A stretch of 63,169 bases of DNA, filler included, from Lenisia limosa (Eukaryota > Protista > Breviatea): the NCBI GenBank assembly GCA_001655205.1. It is 17 parts of 17 records of this genome, joined end to end, with 100 filler letters (N's around TTAATTAATTAA, not from the genome) between each part and the next. Parts side by side here need not be neighbours in the genome. Positions count along the whole stretch, not along the records: positions 16,774 to 26,868 come from LPNZ01005407.1; positions 26,969 to 29,109 come from LPNZ01001473.1; positions 29,210 to 31,112 come from LPNZ01005036.1; positions 31,213 to 33,523 come from LPNZ01004912.1; positions 33,624 to 35,662 come from LPNZ01000536.1; 12 more parts are not named here. The stretch is one strand, 5' to 3'. Each line of letters starts with the position of its first letter. Position 1 is the first letter of the stretch. Positions 23,501 to 35,762 of this stretch are shown piece by piece. Position numbers and translations under genes: made by a program. Under the pieces are notes generated by a model, which saw only the letters and a list, made by a program, of their open reading frames with translations, was not told the DNA's origin and ran no database searches.

Positions 23501-26500
23501 TCAGGAAGGCCTTCACAACTGCCTTCGAGGCCTTCACCAAGCTGACCGCTTCAAGGGGTAGGCTTGGCAGTAGGACTTCACGTTGGTTCGAAAAAGCGAC
23601 TGAATTTATCGATAAACCTCGAACTAAAACGATGTTTTACTGGACTTTTTCGAACCCAAGTGACTGACATATTCTCTTGGCATCTTTTCTTGGTTTTCTT
23701 GATTCATATTTCTTCTTTCCTTGTCTTTTTGCATTCCGTCATTTCCCCATAGCTCTAAGTCCCTTTAAGTTCACCCCTGCTTTTAAATCATCTTTATCTT
23801 AGATCAGCTATGAGTTCTTGTTTTCTTTCTCTTTGTTACTTAATTTTACATGCCATTATCGCCCCCTCACTCGACAGTTATGGAAGACACACTGCTGCTG
23901 CAAGCGGCCGGTTTAGCCATTAGAACGTTCTTTGTCCAAGGCCTCGACTCGCTGCATCTCTCCTGCATGAATATGATCACCCAGGTCTGGCTCTTGTTTC
24001 GGTTAATTCGTACCCTCTCCCTCTCTCACTACAGTTCCTGTATAGGGAATTTTAGAGAATTGATTAACTTGTTTCTTCAGAAGCAAGCTTTGTTTTGTTG
24101 TTTTCAACCCGCGTATGTTTCTCAAACTTTAGCCAATTGAGCTGATAATGGGGGTTTTTTTGTTTCATAAATGTTCATGTTTCACCCCCCCCCCCCCCNN
24201 NNNNNNNNNNNNNNNNNNNNNNNNNNNNNNNNNNNNNNNNNNNNNNNNNNNNNNNNNNNNNNNNNNNNNNNNNNNNNNNNNNNNNNNNNNNNNATATCCT
24301 TACTAGTCTCAACAAGTTGCCGACGTCAAAACGCGCCTCTATGACGTTCAAGTACGCCATGCCATGGATTGCAATTCGTAATGACTTATCACAATTCGAG
24401 AATATTATGTTACTTAGGAATACTCAGAAAAAATTCCTTCGTTTTACAACTGTTTATCAACACGAGTTAATTTTATGTTGTTTTAACGTAATAGATGCGA
24501 GGGAGCTAGTGTGATGATGATCTCGGCGCTGATCTGTTCCTTGACCCAGGCTACTGCGGGCATCGACGAAGGCAATACCGTGGGGATGGGTCAATCATGG
24601 TGTTTCATAATCAGAACACATCTACGTCAAAAGGATCCCAGGAAATGGAAAGATTCTTCGGACCTGCCATATTACACAGACTTTTTTCGAACCGAAGCGA
24701 AGCCCTAGATTCTCCAATACCCCCCCCCCCCCNNNNNNNNNNNNNNNNNNNNNNNNNNNNNNNNNNNNNNNNNNNNNNNNNNNNNNNNNNNNNNNNNNNN
24801 NNNNNNNNNNNNNNNNNNNNNNNNNNNNCATGCACTGTAACTTTCCAATGTTTGCGACTCACCAGTTTAGGATCAGAGCTGGGAGGCAATGAAGTCCCTT
24901 ATGGTTTCTTTCCTCAATGGGATAGTCACTGGGTGAGCTTTTTCTGTAGTAAAGTCTCTCTTGAAACTAGGATCATAGAGATCCAGCAGTAACAGAGAGC
25001 AGATAACGTATTAGCATCACAAAGAGCACTTTCTTAATCTCTTTTTTGTTTTTGTCATCGCTTCGCTGTATAGAACGTTCTAATACTTTTAAATAGGGGT
25101 ATACTGACTGTTTTAGTGCGTCTGTTGACAGGGAAAAGGACAAGACGTCCCCTCAACTTCTTCTCAGTATCGTCAACGACCTCATCACCCTCTCCGGAAA
25201 GAGGAACTGGGTAGCCGCACCTGGTGGGTCCTGATGTAACAAGTGTAATACACTATTATTTAAAATCATGTGGATTCCCCTCCTCTCACCCTCCAGTCCT
25301 GCTGCAGCACGTTACCAGCTCGCTGAGCCGCATTATCCCGAAACGGGACGCGGTGAAGCTGCCTGATGCTGTGCGCGGGGCAGCCGTTGACGTTCTTGGC
25401 TCATACGTGTCGTATGTCCGGACCGTAGCCCCACCGGCTGAATCTGTGGGGGGGAGAGGGAGTAAAATTGTGAAACAAAAACAAGTCCAAAATCAATTCT
25501 GGGCTTGGCAGAGAAAATTGACTTGGCAGTATAGGAAAATGNNNNNNNNNNNNNNNNNNNNNNNNNNNNNNNNNNNNNNNNNNNNNNNNNNNNNNNNNNN
25601 NNNNNNNNNNNNNNNNNNNNNNNNNNNNNNNNNNNNNNNNNNNNNNNNNNNNNNNNNNNNNNNNNNNNNNNNNNNNNNNNNNNNNNNNNNNNNNNNNNNN
25701 NAAGGGCAAAATAAAAAAATAGATGTCAAACAACATCGTGCTATGAAATAGTTCGGCTTTTTTAATGTTCGGTCCTTACACGCCATATTGAAAAGAGCCC
25801 AAATCGTCACATCATATTGCCACACACACCATACCTACACATTGCCATTGACAAAGTAGGAGGACCGCTGCCCGAAGTGCTTCAAGACCGTTGGCGAGGA
25901 CAAAGGTGAAATGCCATGCTGTATGTGCTCCAAAGTCTACCATGGTGGGCTAAACTAAGGAGTTATGAGTAAGGCTTCACTTCGGTTCGAAAAAAGACTG
26001 ATTTTCTCGATAAATCCTCGAAAACTATCGATATTTTACTGGTATTTTTCGAACCGAAGTGAAACCCTAGTTATGACCAAAGGACTTTGGATCAAGTGAT
26101 TTGCTGGCCGTTCAAATAGTCCCTTTTCCTTGCTGGCCGTTCAAATATTCCTTCGTTGATGATCATCTAGCTGACTGCATGCCTGGACATGAAGATGACC
26201 GTCCGATGTGCAACGCTTGTAGAATCGAGGCAGCAGCGTCGTCGTGCTTGGTGGGTCGTTGCTACTGTTTTTCTCGGGTGCAAAAAAGACTGATGAAACA
26301 TCGCTATTTATCCAAAAAGATTGAAATTCTCGATAAATCCTCAATAAATGTCGATATAATGCAGTCAGGAAGCCTTACTTACACATATCCTACAATGTCT
26401 GTTAGCCCTTAACAATCAAGGCGAACGTTTCCCTTGACGAGTCTCGAGTCCTCGAGAAAGTCCCTGTTAGCCGAAGAGCCGCTGCACTCATTCTGAGCCA

Positions 26501-26785
26501 ATCAGCTCGCCCGGCCCTCTTGAGGACGCTTGTCGCCTGGGTATGGGGCTTGGCTTCGGGGGATATGGAGAATGAAAGACAACATGCATGCCGTATCCAC
26601 TTCAGTATTTCTCATATTCTCATATTATCCATTCGTTTGTTCCTCTCATTTATAACTATTGTTTTTTTCAAAAAATCATTTGTTATTTCTCATCACATCA
26701 ACATTTCACGTCACAGTGGGCGCAATTGGAGGACCCAGAGCTGCTCCCTGCTTACCGCCTCCTTGTGAGAACCGCTCCAGAGTAG
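20542..26785 (+). CDS. SCC2: Cohesin loader SCC2/Nipped-B (NIPBL), N-terminal/central part, with PHD-like finger; partial
   Basis: Exons MEASSAALTILSHANLDSKLYSEE|LLFSIQELWVHQAHHNLFPVFDSAY, VMEDTLLLQAAGLAIRTFFVQGLDSLHLSCMNMITQ, DILTSLNKLPTSKRASMTFK, VMMISALICSLTQ, LLLSIVNDLITLSGKRNWVAAP and VRGAAVDVLGSYVSYVR match recalled NIPBL segments in the same order (TTILQVSSMGITPFFVENVSELQL, FTSLARLPTSKR, FVQDLLSTVNKPEWPAA). Exons before ~22740 are assigned only by orientation and position. Confidence 0.85.
21880..21990. mobile_element. Second hAT-like MITE family M2 (related copies ~12965-13020, 28113-28229, 47995-48107)
   Basis: TIR TAGGGCTCCGTGCAATT...AATTTCACGGATCCCTA; flanks CAAATACT/CTAATACC (6/8 match); core CCATTTCAGACAC shared with the other copies. 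Confidence 0.7.
25970..26069. mobile_element. hAT-type MITE M1, in the intron splitting the SCC2 PHD-like finger
   Basis: ~24 bp TIRs (TAAGGCTTCACTTCGGTTCGAAAAA / TTTTTCGAACCGAAGTGAAACCCTA); TSD GTTATGAG/GTTATGAC. Confidence 0.9.
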
Positions 26786-27187
26786 GCAGTTGTGGTGGAT
26801 GGTGATGTATATATGACAGATATGGGTGGAGGGGGAGGGGGAATATCATATACATATCATATACTGTTNNNNNNNNNNNNNNNNNNNNNNNNNNNNNNNN
26901 NNNNNNNNNNNNTTAATTAATTAANNNNNNNNNNNNNNNNNNNNNNNNNNNNNNNNNNNNNNNNNNNNGATGGTCGGTCGGGGGGAGGAGGGAGGGAGTG
27001 ACTCTCTCATATTGATTGTGAGGGTCTCTCTTTTTGTTGGGGGGAGGGACATTCAGCGATACTCAAATTTTGCGAATGGTACCGAAGGGGACCCATATAC
27101 CACATCCACATCCATTTTCCTTTTCATCTTCACCTTTTAGCCATAGCTGAGTCCGAAAAGCAGTCACGTGACCAAGCTTCTGTCGGC

Positions 27188-29109
27188 ATGGCGAGGAGGA
27201 TTCTGACCCGGGCGTTGCGCGTGGCTTCTGACCCGTCAGCTTGCGGTAAAAATGCCGACTTGGCCGTCTCCGTTATCGCCATCATCGCAGCTTTACCGCT
27301 TGGTTCGGGGGGAGGGGTATTGTGAATTATAATAATTATTATTTTGGCTTTTTATGTCTCAATTATCTTTTCGTAAGGTTCTAATCTGATCAACTTGATA
27401 GAAACTTAACAACATTCAGTGGAATCCTCATTTGACGAAGAAGTGGTTAACGCAATTATCTCTCTCAACTCCCTCAAGAAGCTCGACCAGCATGTTTGTT
27501 GGGATTACCACGAAGGCTTCACTTCGGTTCGGGAAAATATCGTTAGTTTTCGGGATTTATCGGGAAATTCAGTCTTTTTTCGAACCGAACGACTATTTCT
27601 GAAAAAATGAATATCTCGACGAGGTCATCATATCCCCCTGTTGTTATATTCTAGGTATCTATTGCCTTATTAGGCCTGGCCCACACCTTCGGCGGCGTGT
27701 CAGCAGGCCATCATCATGTCAGATCAAAGATAGTGGAGTTTGTCACTTCAACCTTGGTGCAATGCATGTATGAGTCTGGGCCTCTTTTGTCGTAGCATTA
27801 TGGCTTGAACAACACAAGTCCCATACTCCTATTTNNNNNNNNNNNNNNNNNNNNNNNNNNNNNNNNNNNNNNNNNNNNNNNNNNNNNNNNNNNNNNNNNA
27901 TGGACTCGTAGGGTGGTTTCCAATGTAATATCTCAACATGATTAATATTCAATTTTTCACATCTGTTCATTTGTGTTGAAAAATTATAATACTGAATATG
28001 TCATATTGCCACCGAGCCGTCTCACCATTCAGGTCCTGGATGCTGCTCTCGTTGCGAGCGCGCAATTGTCTTGTCTGGCGTTCCAGGTGGGTAAGGATGC
28101 AACCCTTATTTGTAGGGCTCCGTGCAATTCATGAATTGCAATTTTGAAGTGGGACCTATTTTGTGTTGTAAACTCAATTTCAGACAAATTTTGTCAATTA
28201 TTTCCTCAAATAATTAATTGTACGACCTATTTGTCATGTTGCTATGGAGTCACCTATTTGTCATGTTGCTATGATATGATAAGTATATCATTTTTCTACA
28301 CGTAGTACATACATACACTGACCGGGATAAGTTTTTTCCGATTTGCTCAATGATTTCCGAAGGAAAACTGGTTAAGACTTATCACGGTTGTTGTGTGTAG
28401 ATGGGAAGTACAGCATCCGGGTCATCTTTGCTAGTTTATAAGAGATATATTACTCTTATACGTGTAGGATAACCAAACAGAAGATGTTGGCTTCCTTCGC
28501 GCCTCTCTGGCTGCATCGGTACCCTATATTTTCAGGGCTGTGGCACAAGACGTTACATCCGCATGCTATGCACTATCCTGGGTATGTGACAAGCCGTTTA
28601 TTTTAGTCATACGGTGCGCTTAGGTCTTCACTTCGGTTCGGAAGTAGACTGAATTTGTCGATAAATCCTCGAAAACCATCGATATTTTACTGTACCTGGG
28701 CTTCATTCCACCATGCATAATTCCCCCGTAGCTTGTACCAGTGGCGGACTCGATCGCAATGATGGACCTTGAGACCCTGCACAACCTTGCAAGTGGGTGG
28801 CCTCAGGTAGAACATTCACGGTTAAACGTCAAAGAACATTGCCTTGAGTGGGCAGTAAATAAATAATGTCATACACTCACCAGAATCGGAGCTTCACTTT
28901 GAATTATTTTTTTTCGATATTTTGGGACAACAAGCTGTATTCTTCCGGTCTTTTTTGAATCGAAGTAAAGCTTTACCCATATATATCTTGAAACATGTGT
29001 TCAGTTGGTGTCTCACATGCGTAGAATCAGCGCTGACCTCTTCCACGGCCTCGCCAAATTGCTACAGGACAGGCCTAGCAGGTTTCGCTATGTGCTCCTC
29101 AGCTTCGGC
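27188..29109 (+). CDS. Uncharacterised helical protein, 5' part; multi-exon
   Basis: ATG at 27188 (MARRILTRALRVASDPSACG...) followed by six AG/GT-bounded exons (VESSFDEEVVNAIISLNSLKKLDQH, VLDAALVASAQLSCLAFQ, LVPVADSIAMMDLETLHNLASGWPQ and others). Confidence 0.5.
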
Positions 29110-29308
29110 NNNNNNNNNNNNNNNNNNNNNNNNNNNNNNNNNNNNNNNNNNNNTTAATTAATTAANNNNNNNNNNNNNNNNNNNNNNNNNNNNNNNNNNN
29201 NNNNNNNNNTGTCGTAATCAACCCTTGTGTGTTATCAGCCAACAGTTGATTTGGACTTTTTTTTTTTGTTTCATAAATTTTCCAAGTTGACTCCCCCTCC
29301 CCCCACAG

Positions 29309-31030
29309 AATGGATGAAATGAAGCAACCTGAATGGGCCTCTGAGGTTGGTAGCTCATTATACGCCTTTTGAATCAGTTGTATGAACTAAAGTTACATTA
29401 TATATATAGTTCGAAATATTAGAATTTTACTTGTGAGTATATTGAATGTGCGAGGTTTGTGTTGAATTGACCTGAAAATATAGTTTTAAAACAATCTAGG
29501 GATTAAAATACACAACAATAACACTCGCCCCTCCTCAGGATTTCCGAGAAATGGTCGGAAAGGAAGCGGGCTGGGCCTATGCCAATAAGTACCACAGCTT
29601 GGTGATGAGTCGGCTTGGTATCGGAAGGTTCCTTGCCGACGTTTCCGACCAATTGTACCGACGGGCTGCAGGGTGGGGGGGAGAGATTTCATCCATTGTA
29701 TTACCATTGATATTTAAAACGTTCTTTGATATAGTATTTTTTAAGAACAAGAATACAAAAGTATCAAGAGAGAAATACAAATAATTCACCTTCTGTACAA
29801 GATATACATATTTTTATATAGTATGTATAATATGATGTGTATCCAGTATATTACATACATACATATGAAATATAAATATTCAGTTTATTATCTGTTTCCT
29901 GGGGGGGAGGGGGGATTGATGGACAAGACATAATTTCTGGAAATGGGTAATTAGTTGAAGTTAATTTTTATTTTTCGTGGTCCAATTTCCAAATTGATGG
30001 ACAATCATAAATATTGTATCTGGCTTAAAATCACACACAAATATTAAGAAAACAACACCAAATTCAGGAGAAGTTGTGTTTGTTTGTTCTCAGCCATCAC
30101 TTCTTTTCTTTGCAAGACTAGTCCTGAGAAGAAATAAACTCACTTTAATATTAAAGGCCAGGAAGGATAAACATCTTACAAACGGAACATATTTCAACGC
30201 GTTGTTACAATAACTCCTAAACCAGGGAACTCCTAATAAGGTTACCGCGCTCAATCGAGCAAGTCGATATAAGATTTTGAAGAGAGGAGATATTATACAA
30301 CAAATTCATTTCGATAGATAATAATTCATATGAAAGTATAGCATAAATAATATGTGAGAATACATACATATGGTATACTTTATTGTGTCACAAAACAAGA
30401 CAAACCCAAATTTTCAACAAGAAAAGCCAAAGAATCGAATGCAACTGATTTAAAGAAATGGTTCAATTGGAAGCATAAGCAAATATTGTTCATCGAAATT
30501 TCCTTCGTTTTACCCCCCCCCCCCAGAAAATCCAAAACCTCCCTTTCGCTCTTTGTCGGACATGACAACACCCTTGGACCAATGATGACTGNNNNNNNNN
30601 NNNNNNNNNNNNNNNNNNNNNNNNNNNNNNNNNNNNNNNNNNNNNNNNNNNNNNNNNNNNNNTTTTGACATGACCGTGTACTGGCTAAAGATATCGTTCC
30701 CATATTTCTTTTTGTTTCAAGTTTTTTTAATTTGGCAAGTTTCTATTATCAGATTTAGCCACTTTTTGTTTTGATATTTGGAAGACAAAATATGATGCTA
30801 AACAAGGAAACTTCATAAATTAGCAGTCACATTTTGTCAAGTAATTCCCTTAACACCTTCCTTATTGGGCAAATTTCTTTATTTGGCAAGTTTCCTTATT
30901 TAGCATGTGTAGTCATTTCCCTTGCCCGTATTTGGCCAGCCCCCTTCTCGGTCCCCCATATGCACCCCCCGGTCTGCTCCGCTATAGCCATTGAACTGTT
31001 CGCGTCCGCGCCTGAAGGCCGCGCGCTACA
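29309..31030 (+). CDS. Histidine acid phosphatase (His_Phos_2 branch, ACP6/lysosomal-like), C-terminal part
   Basis: MKQPEWASE|DFREMVGKEAGWAYANKYHSLVMSRLGIGRFLADVSDQL, SLSLFVGHDNTLGPMMT (catalytic HD motif), HPPVCSAIAIELF (cf. WPPxA..ELY). The RHGxRxP motif is outside the scaffold. Confidence 0.7.
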
Positions 31031-31282
31031 TGTGGGGTGGTAGTGTATATGACCGCCTTCGTTGAGATTATTATACACCCATTTTTTACTCCCATTGGAG
31101 TATGAGTTGCGGNNNNNNNNNNNNNNNNNNNNNNNNNNNNNNNNNNNNNNNNNNNNTTAATTAATTAANNNNNNNNNNNNNNNNNNNNNNNNNNNNNNNN
31201 NNNNNNNNNNNNTCCACATTTTAACCATAGACAAGATTACTCCCCCCTCCTTAGACTGCTTTTGCACAAGGTTGACCAAATA

Positions 31283-33523
31283 GTCCACATACCTTGGACT
31301 GCGTGTCATGCACAAGGTTGACGGCAATGCCGGCACGGCCGAAGCGCCCGGTTCTTCCGATGCGGTGAACGTAATTTTCAAAATCGGGACGGTCGAAAGC
31401 GTCCAGGGGCAGGTNNNNNNNNNNNNNNNNNNNNNNNNNNNNNNNNNNNNNNNNNNNNNNNNNNNNNNNNNNNNNNNNNNNNNNNNNNNNNNNNNNNNNN
31501 NNNNNNNNNNNNNNNNNNNNNNNNNNNNNNNNNNNNNNNNNNNNNNNNNNNNNNNNNNNNNNNNNNNNNNNNNNNNNNNNNNNNNNNNNNNNNNNNNNNN
31601 NNNNNNNNNNNNNNNNNNNNNNNNNNNNNNNNNNNNNNNNNNNNNNNNNNNNNGCACATACCATTGAGACTTGAAGCACATCAATTCCTCTTGCGAGAAG
31701 ATTGGTGGTAATGAGGACCTAAATCGTCAGTGATGTCATTCTTCTTATTCATTAGGACTCGTACTATATTTTGTGTTATTTCTGTACTGAATGTGATTTT
31801 TTTTTGGATAAATACTTTTCTTCTCTTCAAAAAATACATATCGATATTTATATCTATAATTATATATTATTTAGATAAAAAAAATAAAATTAATCAAATG
31901 CTACAACGTGTCACATCAAATTTGAAGGATATTTCTCAATTGATTGAGACAGACACAACACAAACAAACACAGAAACAAACACAAACAGAAACAAACACA
32001 AAACACACACAGAAACAAACACAAACACACACAGAAACAAACACAAACACACACAGAAACAAACACAAACACACACATAAACAAACACAAACACACACAG
32101 AAACAAACACAAACACACACAGAAACAAACACAAACACACACAGAAACAAACACAAACACACACATAAACAAACACACACAGAAACAAACACAAACACAC
32201 ACTTACTTATTGCACCCCCTCCCCACCTTACTAATACCTCTGCGGAAGTCCTTCATAACCCTATCTCTCTCCTGGGTGGTCAAGTCACCATGGATGAGAG
32301 ACACGGTGTAACCTTCCTTGGTCAGACGTTCACCAACGTAATCAGCGCCAGCTTTGGTCTGGGGGTGGGGGATTAAAATTGGAAACAAACAAACAAACAA
32401 AAAAAGAGCCCAAAATCAATTCTGTTGGCTGAGTAAAACGAAGGAAATTACGATGAAGAGCATTTCTCGTAAATAAATTGGTGTAAAATATTAATATAAA
32501 GGTTTGGTCCCCCCCCCCCCCNNNNNNNNNNNNNNNNNNNNNNNNNNNNNNNNNNNNNNNNNNNNNNNNNNNNNNNNNNNNNNNNNNNNNNNNNNNNNNN
32601 NNNNNNNNNNNNNNNNNNNNNNNNNNNNNNNNNNNNNNNNNNNNNNNNNNNNNNNNNNNNNNNNNNNNNNNNNNNNNNNNNNNNNNNNNNNNNNNNNNNN
32701 NNNNNNNNNNNNNNNNNNNNNNNNNNNNNNNNNNNNNNNNNNNNNNNNNNNNNNNNNNNNNNACAACAAAACACAAAAAGGCTACAGTTCTGGGAAAATA
32801 GAAAAACTCCAAAAAAAAAAAACCTTAGTCGATACAATTAATGACGTTGATCGTTCCCTCCTGAAGGGCTTCACTTCGGTTCGAAAAAACCCGGGAAAAT
32901 ACGATAGTGTCGAGAATTTATCGAGAAATTCAGTCTTTTTTCGAACCGAAGTGAATCTTAGGTATACCCCCACCAGCCAACACGACACTTGATAAAGTAC
33001 TGCTTGATCTTATCGATCGGGACCTCTTTTGGGCGCAGACGCACAATATTGGCGCGATAATTGGTGGCTTCTCTGGCAAATTTGAAGATCTGGGGAGGGG
33101 GAGGGTAAACTTGGAAACATTTATGAAACAAAAAAACTACTATGATAAAAAAACAAAGCGTAGAAAATATCGATAAAGAGTATTAAACTTAAAAATATAG
33201 TATATCGATATTTGTATGTGCATGTAAAATCTATCATACTGTATGAATACGATATGATATGTTATATTTATGTACGATGTATCTATATGACATTATGATA
33301 ATTATTAATACGTTCCTCAAGCCAACCTCGTCGTTGTAAGTAGCCGAAAAGAGGAGCATCTGGCAACCCTTAGGGACATGTCTAATGGGTGATTTATTTA
33401 CCTTGGGGGGGGGGGGGGAGAGTAAAATTGAAAAATTATGAAACAAAAAAAAGCTCAAAATCAACTCTGTTGGCTGACAACACACCTGCGGATTCTCCGT
33501 GTCTCCTCAGCCATGCCCTGCAT
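31283..33523 (-). CDS. DBP5: DEAD-box RNA helicase DBP5/DDX19 (mRNA export); partial
   Basis: [122 protein letters not shown]. Motifs III-VI plus the PDFENY and IDVLQVSMV segments are typical of the Dbp5 clade. Confidence 0.9.
31955..32202. repeat. AC-rich compound micro/minisatellite (~24-26 bp unit ACACAGAAACAAACACAAACACAC), intronic
   Basis: Directly visible; it produces the spurious TQTHT and CVCVF ORFs. Confidence 0.95.
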
Positions 33524-35762
33524 NNNNNNNNNNNNNNNNNNNNNNNNNNNNNNNNNNNNNNNNNNNNTTAATTAATTAANNNNNNNNNNNNNNNNNNNNN
33601 NNNNNNNNNNNNNNNNNNNNNNNTTTTGAAATACAGTAGAAAACAAATCACTCCGAAAATGAAGGATAAACAAAGTCAAGATCATTTTACTACTAATTTT
33701 GCGAGATAAACACAAAAATATATCTTACATTTGAGACTTGTTTGTCTCAAAAAGAGTGAATTAAAAAAATAATGAACAAAAAGCAGAAGTACTCGAGAAA
33801 ACCAGATTTAGCGAAAAAACCATAATTTTGAACGGCCGCATATACTATGTACAGTGTATATACAGTATCTTGTATATTACACAATAGCACTAGAATATCC
33901 TTTCGCCAAAGCACACGCTTCAATTGATGAAACTTCTCGAGGAGTCGACCCCCAGTATTGAAATTGAGAACCAGCGTATTCTCTTCTACGACGAGAACAC
34001 CTGGATGGGAGGTGTCTTTAAGGACATGAAAGATGATCCAATGGCATCTGCAGTAACCATAAAATCTGTCTGGAGAATCGTATCACAGGCTCAACACGGA
34101 AGGTCAAAAATGCTCCCCCTGTTGAACCATAACTCCCCAAGCTTTCATTTGCTAATACACCTGAGTCAAGGAAGATAAGGAAAATACTGAAGTGCACTTC
34201 ACTCACCGAATAAGATATACCCGATGGAAAATTGGAAATGTCATATTTTAAGGGAAATGGCCACCATCTACCAACCATTGAATATATCAACTTTTCGGCT
34301 GCACAAATCGCAGAAAGATTATACCATATTCCCGAGGAACCTGCGCCGAGGGAATATGAGCAATCATTGGATAAAGTTTTTTTCAAATTTGTAGCTTCTT
34401 GGAGAGACTCTTCTGGAAAATATTTCAAGCCAAGAAGAATCAGCAACCTCAAGCGTATTTTTTGTTAGTGCGCGCCTTGATTGTGGTGAATACTACATAG
34501 ACAGTTGCCACAGGTTTCTGTTAGGTGGGGTCTGGCCAAGCGAGCGAATTGCTTGAAAGCGAAACCGATTCTTCTGTCAATGAAATTATGACATATGATA
34601 TTCTGAAATGTCACTATTTTGGATAGAAAGAGATCGACAAGTCTGAGACTTGAAAGAGAAAAAATTTGAGTATCTTCCCCCCCCCCCAATTTTATATTTT
34701 GTAAAAATACCTTCCCAAAGTTCAATTCGTACTAAAAATCAAATATGAAAACCTCAAACTGCATTCTAGATCACAAGTTACTATTGTAATACTTAGAAAA
34801 CAAAATATATCATTGAGGGCAAATTGCCCCAAACCCTCCGCAGTGATATGTTGCCATGTGTAGTTTTTTTTTTCTGAAAATAAGAAACGTATTAAACAAA
34901 CCTCTTGGCAGATGGATTGAATTGACTCTAAAACAGGTAAAATTTCATGGTCTGGAGCATTTGCCTTCACCTAATCAACAAAATAAAAACAAACAAGCGT
35001 CTCTAATTTTTTTAGCTCTAACCACCGATTTTCTTCAATGATTTGTGCTATTTGTCCTGGTGAACGCTGATACTGGGATATTTCAGCCTACAAGTTTATG
35101 TACTTCTCAAGGCCCGTTTGACTGAAATTCGCAAATCCCAAAGATGCAGATAAAATATCATATGGTATTCCTCGGAAGTTATTGATATCAATTTGACAAA
35201 GAACGTTCTCGGAGATTATTAAGCAATACAACACAAGTCATAATAGACCACAATTCAAAAAAAAATCCAAAAAAACAAGGAATATCAACTACACAATGAT
35301 GTTTGTTCCTTAAAAAATGTTTTAAACGAATTCAGAAGTTACCCATTCTTGTTTATGAAAATGAAAAAAATATCCTTTTAGCTTCATTAGGTTTTTGGTA
35401 CTCAATCTCTGAGCTAGGGAAGCGTGTTACCAGACATTTGATAAGACTGGGATGTCCAACTACCGAATTTTTGTGGGATGCGTCATAACTCAACTGATTG
35501 TACAAAATATTCAATCTTGTCTTATCCATATCATATTGATACGTAGGCATAATCAAAGCTCCGGACATCTTTCATCATTCAATGGATACATGAAACCTCC
35601 TGGGCAGTTTGCATATCTATATATAATATATACTATAGTATACTATACTATATATATATAGTNNNNNNNNNNNNNNNNNNNNNNNNNNNNNNNNNNNNNN
35701 NNNNNNTTAATTAATTAANNNNNNNNNNNNNNNNNNNNNNNNNNNNNNNNNNNNNNNNNNNN

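Noticed and set aside
31911-32202. Overlapping ORFs rich in C/V/F or T/Q/H
   Set aside because: Translations of an intronic AC-rich satellite inside DBP5.
29109-33600. Apparent neighbourhood of acid phosphatase, DBP5 and flanking genes
   Set aside because: Separated by linkers at 29154, 31157 and 33568; adjacency is artificial.
34722-34970. VKANAPDHEILPVLESIQSICQE as a RhoGEF DH-domain end
   Set aside because: Neighbouring exons did not give the expected PVQRxxRY segment; support is too weak to call.
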